Assembly: GCA_002633005.1 (NCBI GenBank)
Contig: NMRA01000024.1
Span: forward strand, 637,803 to 701,802
DNA length: 64,000 nucleotides
Direction: 5' to 3'
Source: Phoronis australis
Taxonomy: Eukaryota; Animalia; Phoronida
Below the pieces are notes generated by a model that was given only the letters and a program-made list of their open reading frames with translations, had not been told where the DNA came from and ran no database searches. Each line of letters begins with the position of its first letter. Position 1 is the first letter of the stretch. A program made the translations under genes and the position numbers. Shown here piece by piece: positions 24,672 to 38,900 of this stretch.

Positions 24672-27600
24672 ATCTGTATGTTTGCTCTTCATATCAGCCA
24701 TTTCTTATATGTAGAGGTAAGCTGATTTCAGGTAGTTGTGGTGTCCAGCTGCAGCAAATAATAAGTATTAGCAAGGCATATCACCAACAGCTTGCAAGTG
24801 ATCATTCCAAGACCGATATGCCTTGATCATTGCCCAAGCAGTATGGAGCATCTTCACAGCTGACTCGTTTTTGACTGTGTACTAAGTTCAGACTTCTTCT
24901 TCTCAAGATTGTCGATGATCTGCACAATTGCGGCTGATTGTGGAGCACTTCAGACAGATGTTGATAATTTCCCGTGGGCTTCTAGTTTCCTTGTTTGGAT
25001 TTTTTAAATAAAAACCAGTTGCAAACAAATATATACTAGAAAATGTTTTACTTTTATGCAAAGACAGTGCTTTGGATTAAACATTTGATAGCTTAAATTT
25101 TAATGCAATGCTCAGATTTTAAAATAATTCAACCAGAATTCAGTCAAATCTAAATGTTTTAAGATCATTCAATCAGAACCAGTCACATTCAATCATACTT
25201 TTGTTATAGGGGATAAGACAGTGGTTTTTCGTTCTTGAATTTTTGCCGCCATCTTGAATTTCATATCTAATTGTGATCATATCTTAATTTCATGCACACC
25301 AGTGAGTTGCTCACCCCTTAAAACTATAGACCAAAACCAAAAATGATGTCTCTATCTCGATTATTGAAGAAGTTATGATTTCGAAACGTCGTTGCGGCCA
25401 TCTTGGAAATGACGCAGTTTTAACCCATTTCCGGTAATCAGATTTTGGTAGACTTTTTTCTTGTTAACAAGGATACCCAGTAGAGCATAAAACCACTGTA
25501 AAACCTTTTGCTGCAATTTTTTGTGGGTCAGGTGGTATATTGACTCGTTAATTAGCAGTCTTTTTTTCTTTTTTCGACTGTCCCCCCCCCCCCGCTTCCT
25601 NTTCCTAAGGCCCTGTCTAATAAACGTCATTTTCTTGCATTATTCTTTGCCTCTTGTAACAAAGAAAAATCTGTCGCGCTCGGTGACACGCGCACGCGCC
25701 GGCCATTTTCTAAAACTTTGCGACATTTTTCGGAAGATGTTGACAGCTTCGCAGCAGCAAAACTTATTCTAAAATTCGGTCTGCTGGTAAATACTAAAAA
25801 CATACAACGAAATGAAACCAGTTCCGATAATTCGTTGTGCCATGTACGCAGCTATCTTTGTGGAAGGGAACAACAACTGGCCAATGAAAGCCGACCCAAA
25901 AGAACGCAACACAATTTTAGCAGCAATGGTAGAACGACAATTTTTGCCGAGCTCTGATAAATAATTTAGTTTACTCAAGCATGAGTGTTTTTAGTGACAC
26001 TAATTTTGTGAAGATTTTACTTGTTCAGTTTTTTTAGCCAAATCGACCTAAAGCAGTATATTTCCCGCACCAAGGCTAAGACCCGTTTTTTGGCTTGACT
26101 AAACCGTCAAGTTGGAGAAAATGAATTTCAGTTGGTTCATTATTAGAAGCCACTCTAATGTTCGTAACCTGTGTACATCATTTTCAATGTATCTGATTAC
26201 TGTATTGTCAACAATCTCTTGACGAGTTATTATTAGAGTCGCTTCTAATGTTTGAAAAACCCAGATTGAATAAGCAGCTAACTGCAACTCGAAGGACTCT
26301 TATCATAGGTGATCTGTACATTATGCTGCACAGTAACGTGTCTATATTTATGCATGTGTGTTTTTTATCGTCATAGTTGCGCATGCCAACTTCACGTGCT
26401 ATGTTGCATTTGTCATTTCTGATGTGCGTTTCACTGTGAACTAGTTGTAAATAGTTGACTGAAGATTAGATATGTGTGTCTCGAAATATCGCTTTTTAAA
26501 TTATGTTACCTACTGATGACCTTCGGATTTTTATTGCACTGTTGTGATGTAAAGACAAGATCTCTATTTAGAGAATTTGAAAGAACTGAAATTAAACTAG
26601 TAAAAACAGATCAAAGTTGTGTCTTCAATGAAATATGTATTACATAAACATATACAAAACCATCTTCACGGGTGCATGTGTACTTTTCCATAAAGTTTTG
26701 TTCACATTCATTCTGCTCTTTTTGCTCAACTTCTACTTGACGCTTTCGAGTTTTAGAAAAATGAAATGTTGAATTTTTGAAAGGAAAATGTGTAAAATTT
26801 GAACTTGAAACACCTTTTCAATCAATGAAAAGTGAAAGGCGGTCCTTTGACACACAAAATGCAGCATAAAGCTGTGTTGTCATCTTGTACAAACATTTTC
26901 AAAACTCAAAAATATTGAAAATGGTAATTCGCCGTGCAGCTAGTGCGCGCAATTACTCCTGTTCAGCTATTCTTTGAGAAGCGGTGATGTGAGCAAAGAA
27001 CAAATGTCGTATCCATGCGTTCACATTAACGCACTTGTCCGTATCATGGTTTGGCCTTTCACCAGGATCACTTAAACAGATTTTTAAATGCATTCATAAG
27101 GACAAATTCTACGAGAAATTGCCAAAATAATGAATGTCAGTGGTACGACAAAACTGCTTGAGGACCCAGCAGACATGTTGTTAACAATTACTCCCTCATC
27201 GGCGCTCATATTGCACCGGAAGAGGTCAATTAGTGGAAAGGTCATTAAAAAATTAATATGTAATTTCTCCTACAATTTTAAAGAATTCCTTTTCATATTA
27301 GTAAACTGGTTGCTGTCAGTAACGTCCCATAATAATTCCAGTAATACGCACGCGCAGAGTCCGTTATTGTCACGCCGTGACAATAATCTTTCGAATGAGC
27401 CCCCCATTTGGCAAAGTGGACAAAAAGTTCCGCCTCAAAACAACAAAATGTCCGACAAAACGAGACAAAAGTCCACTAAAAAGGCGCGAATGCATAATTC
27501 ATAGCCCTGAACCTGATATCCCGTTTTTTTAGTCCTACATTTTTTGTTTGTAAAAGGTCCACATTGCCAACAATTTTAGCCCCTCCCCATATTTTAGACT

Positions 27601-28359
27601 GGGTGGGCGCATGTATTTGTGTTATAAAATGAACAAATGCGTTCATATGTGGAGGAGGCGTGGGTTTCTTCGGAGTAGCGTTTTCTTTTCGCAGTAGAGG
27701 TTTTTTGGAGTAGTGTTCTTTTGGAATAATGGGCAGTAAGCATACTAGACGCACCAGCATTGAACTGTTGAGCGTATGAGCATTTCCATGCCATATGCTT
27801 TCTCAATTGTGCCAATACAACCCTCATGAAACTTGTGAGCAAACTGTTTGGCCCACTATAGTACATGTATGTAATAGTGAGCATTTTGAAAATAAATCTT
27901 GAAGAGGTTAACGAAGAAAGCGGAAAATATTGAGATAAAAAACTAAATTTCAGAAGGCTGCTAGGCAGTTTTGACCTTTGACCTCTGGTTTTATCTTGAA
28001 AATGACCGCGTATTAATAAAATAACACCAGAAATGGACTCCCCATCACCGAAAATGGTATAAACAATGTATTGCATGACCCTGTTTGTCATCAAATTGAA
28101 AAAACCAATGTGGGTCGAAATTCAAAATGGCGGAATCCGCCATCTTGAATTGTAAAAAATGCTCAAAGTTGCACTAAGTGCAACCGAGCTAATTTTGTTC
28201 TCCTGGTCATATTTAATATATTTCAACAAAAAAACTACAGTAATCAACATTGCAGGGTTCACTATGGGAGCTATTGGGTTGGCAACTATACTAATCTACG
28301 GAGCGTCCGGTATAGGAGTAGGGAAGGGGAATTAAAGAATATTTGTAACTATTAGTACT

Positions 28360-28490
28360 GGACCTCGCTAAAAAGCAAGACTTCGCGAGATTACGTGAGA
28401 TATTGCCGTGTATTTTAAAAGAGAACATGTGACTTTGACTAGGTTTTAGCTAGGTCCTAGCGTAGGTCCTAGCGTCTACTAAACGCACGC
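28360..28490 (-). mobile_element. Truncated second copy of the 3977-4124 MITE
   Basis: Reverse complement aligns with about 3977-4104; followed by CTG. Confidence 0.8.
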
Positions 28491-28599
28491 CTGGATTTAC
28501 CATTGGGGACTCTGACCAGGAAGTTTTTTTTTTTCCTAAGTATACTAGGACGTTTTTATGTCAGGGTAAGCGATTCATGTGGCAATATTCAAACAAGTG

Positions 28600-31500
28600 G
28601 AGGTGCTGTACTTAACCGGTGACGTCATAGGTTCTAGCACAGTCTGTTCAGCAATTCACCGATTTCAGCGGAAGTGAAAAGAAATTGTGGCATGCAGGGT
28701 GTCTGTTAAAGTTGGAATTTAGAATGCTTTGAGTTCATCGTTCCTCAATAGATATATAAAAAAATACTTCCTGTAATGAACTGAAAACAAGACGCATAGC
28801 GGTGAGAGCCAATATGATATTGCATTTTCCGCTTGCAACATGTGGCCACTACATGAGTTTTGCACATATTCTCGCACTAAACGTACAACTGACACAAAAC
28901 ACTAAGTGTACTGAATGGCCCTAGGCTAACCTAGTCTCCAACAACAGCCACAGGACAAGTAAATCTCTTGATTTAGCAACTCAAGACTGTTCATCTGTTG
29001 TTTATAGTGACATGCAGGCCTACTGAATTTCACCAGTGGACACAATAAAAAGCTTCGTCTCTATGCTGTTCAAAAACAAGTAACACTGCTGGTTGACATC
29101 TGTTTTACATTTGTGTAATACATGCATGGTCAGTCAGTTTGTGAATTTCCTGAAAAGACATCCAGATACTTCCACAGCAGGGTATAACCTAGGATTTTTG
29201 GTTCGCCCGCCGTGCCGATGGGGGGAGGGCGGGGTGGGGCGCTCCAGACAGGAGTGGCTGTTGAGCTCGGAAACAATATAAGTGCCCAGCTACTTTGAGA
29301 ATTTGCCCGATGTTACCCGCCGGGGCACCAACCGTGGCAAATGTTGCCCACCAAATTCGGCATCTGCCCCGCACACCAATGGGCGGGTGTGTGAGCTGCT
29401 GGGTAAAACTCTGATCCCGTTCCTGAGATTAATACCTGTTATTTAGTGGGACTAACTGGTTCTCAAATCAGGGACCTATAAAACTCACTATTATCACCAA
29501 AATACTACCGTAATGTGACAACTTCAAATTCAAACAAAGCAGTACTGAACAGATCTAATGGGGGCAAGCACATAGTTTTGTTCCAGTAAAGTCGACTTCA
29601 GACATTCATTTCAACCGACATCTTCACTTCAGGCTTCGCACGCGAGCTACTGCTATGAAATGGATGTTTGCACAGTCTACTAATTTCAACTCCAAGACAA
29701 AAGCCCGGTGTCTTGAACACACAGTCAGGTCTCGTACTCATTTTATGCTGTTTGTTAATAGGTTTCACACATGTGCAGAGCACTTCCGGCACTGTTTCTC
29801 TTTTGGGTATTCTTTTGATGTCCCACACACTTCATCACAATAGTTGTAAAAACATGAACCCAGTGAACACTGCAAATCAGAATGGTCAGCCATTTTGTCA
29901 CCTCTAAAATGACACCCATTGTTGGACAATGGGTACACGAAAAAACGTGGAATTTTAGTGAAAATGGAAAAAAAAACTTTGATAAGTTTATTGTGGACTT
30001 GTCTGAAGTATTGGAGATATTAAGAAGGTGCCAGGTGTGTGGTGAGGGAGTCACACGGCGGGATATAAGCAGTTAATAATAATAAAAAAAACTTTATTTA
30101 AAGAGAGGATAAAATTACAATAAATGTAAAACATGCTTTAACCAAAGTCTAATATCCAGTATGGTTCTCTGCAGCAAGAAATTAAATTAATTAAATTAAG
30201 TTAGATAAACAGATTAAATTAAGATACAATAAGATACATTAAATAAAATAGTATTTACAAATTGGATAAACAAATTGAATTAGAGATAAATAAATAAATA
30301 ATTTTTTTCGGTAAATACTGTATATTGGAAAGACAAAAAGGAGGGACATCTATGAAGACCACAGGTAACTGATGAGTTGGTGTCTGAACTTATCATAACA
30401 ATCAGCATCCTTAAGACTATTAGGCAAATTGTTCCACTGTTTGATCGTCTGAATAAAGAAGGACTTAGAATAAAACGATGTTCTGTGTCTGGGCAAAACC
30501 AAATTGTTTGAGGCAGAAAATCTTGTCCTGATCTGGTGGCTATTTCGAAGAAGTACGAGATTAAGAGATAGATAAGTCGGTACATTACCGTGAAAGCACC
30601 TATGCATCATACACAAACGCCTATATATAAAATATTTGTTAATAGGGAGCCACCCCAGTCTATTAAACATATGAGTTGACGGAGTGTCAAAAGGCACACC
30701 TAGAACAAGTCTGGCCGCCTGCTTCTGAGCCTTCAATAAAGAGGAAACTAATTTTGCATTGCATCCTGACCACACTGTACTACAATAAACGACGAACAGA
30801 GGGAATACACAAGCGCTGAAATATTGCAGACGCCCTTCTGTGGGAAGAAATGGTGATATACGCCGGAGAAGACCAAGGCGCTGCCTAATTTTGGACGCAG
30901 TCCCATTTATATGGCTAGACCAGCTGAGGGTCTTGTCTACAGTAACACCTAATAACTTTTCACTGTCAATATATTTGAGGCGCACATTGGAAATAGCAAG
31001 GTTAAGCTCAAGATTACTTCTACTATGGCGGTGCTCTGTGGCAATACTCGTACATTTTGTTTTTTCAGCATTAATTACCATTTTATTATCAGTACACCAG
31101 ATCGCAACCTTATCCAGATCAGACTGGAGTCTGTCCTTTACAGCGATCAGCGACAAAGTAGTATCATCTGCATACATGTCAACCGTGTTTTCGCAGACTA
31201 AAGAGAGATCATTTAGTAAAAAGTAAAAACAGCAGAGATCCCAGGATGGATCCCTGGGGAACACCGTGTGTGATACCTCGGGACTCAGACTGATGTCCAC
31301 CAAGGGATACAACCTGGCACCTCAGTCCCTGAGAGATATGATTTAAACCAATCTAAGGAGACCATGCCCACCTTGTAAATTAACAATTTTCTTAGAAGTA
31401 TATTGTGATCAACGAGATCAAAAGCTTTTTTAAAATCCAAAAATACTACACAAACGTTGTGACCACTATCTACACCCTGATCCCAGCCGTTAACAATATT

Positions 31501-32231
31501 AATGAGGGCAGTTTTACAGGAGTAGTCACTTCCTAAACCGGACTGAGATGCAACTACTAAATCATGCTCAGTCAAAAATGAATAAAAGGTATTGTGAACA
31601 TGCTTTTCCAACAATTTAGACAAGACCGGTAAAATTGAAATTGGTCTGTAATTGTTTACATTTTCAGTAGCACCGCCTTTGTGTGAAAGGGATACTTTTG
31701 CAAGTTTCCACAAACTAGGAAACTTGGAAGTTTTAATAGGTGCTCTGGTCACCATCCAGTGGGAGTGTGTCGCGGGACACTCGGGAAAGTGGGACAGTTG
31801 TGCCTGTGAGTACTCTGCCTCATTATACTCGGGCTCAAACATATACCCACCCACTGACTGGCCGTGAAAAAATTCCTCGTCATCACAGCATGGAACAATG
31901 TCTCCGTTACTCACGTCACTACTGTCACTGTGATAAGGGTCGCCGACTCCAGCCATTTTCAGATTAATATAAACTAAACAATCCCTAAGTACAACGTAAT
32001 TGAGTTCTCTAACAACCAAGCTTGTTGTAGAATACTCGTCGATGGAAAGTAGTGACAACAATTTTAGAAAAACAGCATTAAAACCAAAGTAGTACATCTC
32101 CTCACAGTAAATAGTAGAGTACGAGGAATTAATTAAATTACTAAAAGCTTTAATTAAGTGAAAAATATATCTGAGATAATCAACGTACCTTATTTTTGCT
32201 AAAAATGACATGATAAAGGTTGCTTTCGCCT
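28600..32231 (+). mobile_element. Second Kolobok-type relic (transposase 5' part on +, KolX 5' part on -), centre replaced by a LINE
   Basis: THAP-end-like GFARELLL near 29632; KFIVDLSEVLEILRRCQVCG at about 29985-30045; KolX-like N-terminus MAGVGD...GYMFEPEY...HW at 31756-31956 (-); candidate right end ...ctttcgcct then TTAA at 32232-32235. Left TIR not found. Confidence 0.55.
30074..31750 (-). mobile_element. 5'-truncated L2/CR1-group (Crack-like) LINE, RT frameshifted
   Basis: FPSLWKLAKV, NYRPISILPVLSKLLEK, FLDFKKAFDLVDH, MYADDTT, KLLGV, QKQAARLVL...LGWLPI; 3' end AATAAAG-T8-(ATT)n. Confidence 0.88.
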
Positions 32232-35200
32232 TTAAGTAAACCAACGTGTTAATAATTGTTGTATTATACTCCGGCATTAGTGCGTACAAACGGCGCACAA
32301 ATAGTGATGGCTTTACACGACAAATATACAGATGTACAGTCTGAAAATAAGAAAACTCGGACATCTTTCCCCAAGCCTGCATGTAGGGCTGACAAAGTTT
32401 TTTTGTATTACTTTCAAGGGCATGGAGTCTTCTACATCAGTGCCATGTTATCATATTTTCAACTTTCTCGTTCGAGCAGCTTAAATATAAGGGCATAACT
32501 TACTGCTGGTTTTTCACAAGCATGAAATGTACCTCCACTGAAACAGTTCTAGTGTTACCATGGTAACCGATATTTTACTGTCGGTGCCGTTTTTCAGGCT
32601 TACATGAGTCATGAACCTATCACGTGATCTCGAAATAATTCAGAAAAGATTCAGTTTGAAGCAGAAACTGCATTAGAAATTGTTACAGTAATCAAATGGC
32701 TCATTTTGCATCAAGAAATTGCCTCATTTTGCCCTCCCCCCAGATTTAAGACTACCCCGGTATCTCCAAAACCACCAAATTCTGTGGTGTCATACTTCAC
32801 CCAATTTCTCTCATCCCCAATGTGATTTATTAGACTAAAAATGGGCCTGAATGGTTGACCCCCACCTTGTTGGCTGTACTGTGGTCGGTGGATCCGTGCA
32901 TTGATACTTAACATTAACGTTCTACTTTTGCATGAAGCGTCATATAAATAGGACTTTTATGAAAAAGGTTGCTTAAAACAAAAACGAAATGATGTTTTAG
33001 AAAACTGTACCATGATTTTTGTGATTTGAGCTTGGAAATTTATGTTAAATGCAATTTGGTCATGTTTTTGATACCGTTCTTTTGGTATGGATGTTCCTTT
33101 CCTTTTTGCTACGTTTCACTAAAAAGACGTGTCACGTGACCCAGTTGATGACAGATTGGCATAATTAAAGTTAAAAACCAAAGTCTCCCGGCTTTGTACT
33201 TTTAGAAAAAATATACTTTGACAAAGCTTATTACTATACCTGTCTTTATGTAAAGTGTCTAAATGCTTGTTGATCATACACAACCTTACAGTGACATTTC
33301 CTGCTTATTCGTATTCACTGACATTCACTACCGATATGGAAATTTTACTCCAAGTTACTCAAACACACAAAAATGTTTCCAAACTGTATATACCATGTTA
33401 AAAAATAATTTCCCTCCCCAAACATATCATTTAGTTGCGTTGACATGAAAAAGATTGCTCAAAGAGCTCCCAGTTTTGACAGTCGGTTGTCCAATCATTT
33501 CAAGATGGTGCAATGCTTGTTATTATTAATAGGTGACACCCAGAATTCCTTTGGGTGGTAGAAATCAGTTGCACCGTATCCTTTTAAGGGAAATTTTTAG
33601 ACCAGTTTGTTTAGAATTCAACCTCTTTCGTGATTTTCAGTTTCTGGATGTAGGTGGGGATGAATTGGCCTTTTTACTATACTTTTTATATCCCCCAGCA
33701 GTACCGACTGACTGACTCCATCCGTTCAATGCCAATATTGGGGGGGAAGCAAAAAGTAGCAAATTTCGGATTACGCGACTGTAAAAGAACGATCCTTAAA
33801 CGTAAACCATCCTCATACATCAAACCTGTGTTTTAAATTCCTTCCGTTGCTTTCAGAAGGCTGCCTGCTTTACAGAATAGAATCAAGATTATTTAGATAG
33901 GGTTGAGATGGATTTGGCCGACTGATTCAAGTAAAAACACGTTTCAACAATGAAGGTTTTTCGCAGCAAGTGCAAGCTTATGCACTGCACTCTTCGGAAC
34001 TCAAACCAGAGCTAAAACAGCAGCGGGTAAAATTGCATTCCACTCCAAGGAAACATAATTTAACATCAACTGTTACATTAATTTTTTATTACGTCATAAA
34101 AGCATTACATCGATAAATGTTGCATTAGCTATTTGAGAATATTGTAATCTCATATAAATTCAGATCTTGTGTGACCATTGTTCATTAAAAATCTTGCCTT
34201 TCACTCAGTATGAAAGTGGCAGTTTGTCTGATTGTTAAATGCTCGTTATCAATAGCATTGGCTGTTTTCACTTGGAACCATGAATTTGCTGTGGGCCTGA
34301 ACGGAATCTTGTGCATAGTGACAAGCAATTCAATGCTGCTCAACTCGAAATTGTTTGAAGTGCAAATAAATCGAGAATGAAATGCACAGTTAAATAAGCA
34401 GTTGAAACACTCACATCAGTGTAATCACTGAACCCAGACTGCAGTGTAGACAAAGTAACAGAATAGTTCAAAGGTCAGAGGTTGCCGTGAATAGTTCAAT
34501 TTCATCTATAGTTGTTATTGTTCGAGCTCCAGTGAAAGTGGCCAATGACATTAAAAATACCCCTCACCCAAGTATACAACTTTTCAATGTATTTAGAAGT
34601 AATATTTATCTGAATAAACAATTCTCAACAAAATGGAAATTTTGAAACAATAAATTATGTGAAAAAATAATGTACAACTTCTGGGCTTAGCTCAATAACA
34701 ACTACATATATTTACAGGAAGTAATTAAGTACACCTCTCACAACAATATAAAATGTAACAAAATAAACAAAAAACTCAATGCATCAACATGTTTTAATAC
34801 CAGGGCAAATGGAAATCACTTTCACAACTTTTTAGGGCAATACACGTGAAGTATTTTCACAAAATGTATTAACTTTCGAATAATGGTTTCCACAAAACAA
34901 TTTTCAAAAAGACAACATTTTCAAGTCAAAAGGGCAATTTTTTCATAAATTATGAAATTATTTAGATTCATTTTCAATTAATTTCCTTACGTGATATTGC
35001 AATAATTTTGATTATGCCAAATGAATTGTGGAAATTTTGGAAAGTATTGTGACCATAGAGACAAAATGTTGTGAAATGTAAAGTCAGATAGTCGCACAAG
35101 ATGAACCACATGGCAAAGTCGGTGAACACGAAAACAAGTGACGAGAAATGTAATAAAGTATAGCTTTGGCAGGAAGCACAAAATTAACAGAAGTTGTCTA

Positions 35201-35850
35201 AACTACAACAGACAAACTATACAAATGACAACATTTCATGTCGGTATATACACAACTAGGCAATTCCACAGCGTGTGTCTCCTCCGTTATCAGAAAAAAT
35301 ATTGAGCGTCCACTCAATTTGTTTAGTCTAGTCTACTACATTTTTTGTCGCTTCATGGTGATGATTTGACATGTCTCCTCTCGAAACAGTTATGTGGAAA
35401 TGAGTTCCACAGTATTTTTGCACGTAACGTAGGGAACCAATACTGTGTAATCACCCAACTACAACAAGGGAAGCTAGCAGTATTGAGACAACATTGCGCA
35501 AACTCGAGACAATGACATCCCGTTAAATAGTCGTCATGGCGACTGCCATTTCGTGGGACGGCACTCATTGCCCAGATGTCACCAATGATGCCAGTGGCAC
35601 ATTGTTAAAGATGCATTCACTATTCAGGTCCTACTTTAGAAATCCACAACACCAACAATCAAATGAATACCAACGCATATCTGCTGCTGTTGAACGATCT
35701 ACGTAAGCTACCACCAAAATGGTACATGCACAGTGTGTCCTAAAGCTGCATGTAGGTCACATGTATCAGCAACGAGAGTTATCTTGGCTTAATACAGCGA
35801 TTACAAGATGTTGAAGGTGAGACAATAACAAAGGCTGATCGAGGTTGCCA

Positions 35851-35992
35851 TTAGCGATGCGATCCTCCTGGCTTTTTGGTCGCTACCGGTTTCTTCGCCC
35901 ACAGTGAGTCCTTGATGGTGATGGCGTCGATGGAGACGGACAAGTGCTTAGTGGACTCCACTTCTGCGAAACTCTTGCCTCCTGAATTGTAT
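35851..35992 (-). CDS. CAMSAP: CAMSAP last coding exon (CKK end)
   Basis: tttcag acceptor; YNSGGKSFAEVESTKHLSVSIDAITIKDSLW...stop TAA. Confidence 0.92.
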
Positions 35993-38900
35993 CTGAAAGT
36001 GGAAGACAACGGTTTGAAAAGAATTTTTTGTGATGTACGCTCTTGTAAAGCTTCGCATGAGCTGTAACCTACAGAGAATAGCAAACATGTGTGCCACCAA
36101 AACTGCAACTTATGAGTTGATAACTCTTGCGGATGGATGTTGAAAGTTTACTACACCAAATTTTCTTGCTTTGAAACTCCATAGAATCTAAATCCGTTTT
36201 CACGTGACTAGGCATAGGTTACATCTGGCACACAGCTGGAATAGGAATCCGAAGGGAGCAACTGACGTGTTTAGCAGCACCAGAGTGAACATTCTTCGCA
36301 GTATTTTATGAATTTGTGTGATGTGACAACCGACAAGAACATATGCCTGACCACAAATACCTAGCCAATGCAATTATTATTATTATCATTATTATTATTA
36401 CGCAAACACAGAGTAATATTATTCTAGCGTTTTTTATCACGGTTGTTTTTCTTTACGACCAACTTCAAGGCTTAATAACTCCTAAACAGCATAACATAGA
36501 AAGATGAAATTTCGAAAACATATTTGTATCAATCATAATTTTTTTCATATTATTATTATAATCAATGTTATACTTTTAATATCCACGATGCATCAGGAAA
36601 CTTAAAAAAACAAAAATCAAAATATCTTCAAAATGCTCCAACCACAGACATGTGATGTCTATGGCTCTAACAATATTGAAGCCAGGGCATTCTAATTTTG
36701 CACATCATTGGTCACAATGAGCACGATGCCTTGTTCTATTACTTTTCTAGGGATCACATCATTTCCAAAAAAATGGAAAAGGCAAGGCAGGTATAAAAAA
36801 CATTTTTTTTAAAACGATGCTATGACTTGGTACGTAACAAAATAGAACTTTGAAATTCAAACTTTGAAATTTGTAGATGTTCTTATTCTATGTCAAGGTT
36901 CATTAAGTGAACCACTACCCAGTCTCCTTTCTCAATAATTTGTAAAACATAACAAATGACATGAAATTTGAAAATCTTATTTCACGAGCAAGAAACTTGT
37001 AATTGACATGTATGGTAGGCACGTGTCTAAAAATTATTTTTCTTTTGATATTTTAGATTTAAGCAAAAATGTTTGGACAAAAAACACGAGTTAATTTCAA
37101 AATAGAAAACTTAATTGCAGATCCAATACAAAGAGCAACGTGGAGCATTGATATGTACCCACCGTGTGCGTCACGTATATCGCAGCTACACGAGATGACT
37201 ACCACTTCACTTGTCGGCCATATTGTGTGCTAAATAAGCGAAGAATTAAAAGTGTGACGTACATTTTTACAGCTGACCAGTAAAAAATTGAGCAGCACTT
37301 ACTTGAAATACCTCTCAATCATTTTGTTTGTGATCTGTTTCGGGCCCGTGCCATGTATCTTAAGGACCTCGTCTCTGTCTGGACAGAATGAGTACAAGGC
37401 CCTGTATTTCTGGCCGCGGTCTCGGAAGAGAATAACAAAATGCTTCTCGTCTGACTTGGCAATCTCCTACAACAAAATAGAAATGAAAGACTTGAACATC
37501 TGGAAGTCTTACCCAGCTTTTTGTACGCAAAAGAACAAGTACCTGTACCGCACCATTACATGTCTAAAATATTGACTGCTTGGTAACAAATGGAAGATTG
37601 TCTATTTTCTTAATAAATACAGGCAGACTTGAAAACTTCCTTCAAGAAGATATATAACACAGCTCTCTTGAGTTTCAATCTGGTGTTTCATGCATGACTG
37701 CATGACCTACTCGCTGCTGATGCACAAAACATCTAACCACTTGCTCTCTTTTTTCGGTAAAGCTCTCAGGATTTTGCTTAGAAATGCCTAGTTTTCGCAT
37801 ACCGATCGACAAATGAATAAGACCGTTGTTTTTTTACAAAAATGCTTTGTGTTTTTCAAGTTAATGTTTGGTCTAAAACCCGAACTAAGTAAAAATTCCT
37901 AACACCGTTTTTCACACATGACGTAAAGTTTTCATTTAAAAACGTTTTAGTAATATCGGCTAAGAGGTTATTTTGCTATGAATGTACCTTTCCTGTACAT
38001 GAAAATTTGACTTAAAAAACATGGTCATGTGACAATAATAAAAGCACAAGGGTAAGAAGCATACTTTTAGAATCCTCGAACTACTACCTTTCAGAAAATA
38101 TATATTTCTAATGGTTGATAAAGCGTAGTTTTTTCGATACGAGTTAAGGTTCAGGTCATTTATTAAGGTCCTAGATAAACTTAAGTTAAAAATTAAGCAC
38201 ATGGTGGGACAAGTCATGCCACTCTTGTGCTAATTAACAAAGAGGTACATTGAAATATAACCAATTTCGGGCAAAAATAACTGCCAAAATTGATCTTTTT
38301 CACTTTTCAAAAACTTCTAGTATTGTGAATACACAGAATTTCTCAAAACATTTGAAGGTATCTATAGTCCCATTTGGACATCAACTTTTGGCCCGGTGCA
38401 GCTGACACGGAGCAAATTGATCGCAAGACGAAGTTGTACGCTGGAGAGTGGAATGCACATGCGCAGGTTTACAAATGAAGAGACAAAGAACCTGTATTTA
38501 GGTCATTACACAAGCGCAGTAGATATGATCCTTTCCGCCTTGCCCCAGTTTTGCGTTCAGACACATAATTGACATGGAGCAAGATGTTCTAGCGCAAATT
38601 GCTCTCACAAAAGTTGTCACCGCGATGTCAATTTGCTCCAGTTCAGTCCCGTTTACACACATACTTGCACTGGAACAACTCATTCCATGTCAGCTGATCC
38701 GTGTCAACTTTTGTAGATGGTACTTAACTGTGGTATAGAACTTAAAAATGATGAAACATTTGGGGCTACTTTTTTATATTGAAAAATAAATTTCACTTTG
38801 TCCTCTTTATTGTGTGCAGAGATTTTAGTGTAAAAAGTAATAAAAATCTCCTGCCTTCTAGCAGGACTTCAGTACACCTCACTGGATGCTCTCTGTAGAC

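Noticed and set aside
25200-28290. Repeat-like tracts with gccatcttg / caaaatggcgg motifs and ORFs 27130-28094
   Set aside because: Probably non-autonomous DNA transposon debris, but I could not pair termini or TSDs, and the ORFs lack domains.
31957-32382. N-terminal 142 aa of ORF 31285-32382
   Set aside because: AT-rich open frame crossing the presumed transposon end; the plausible start is the ATG at 31956.
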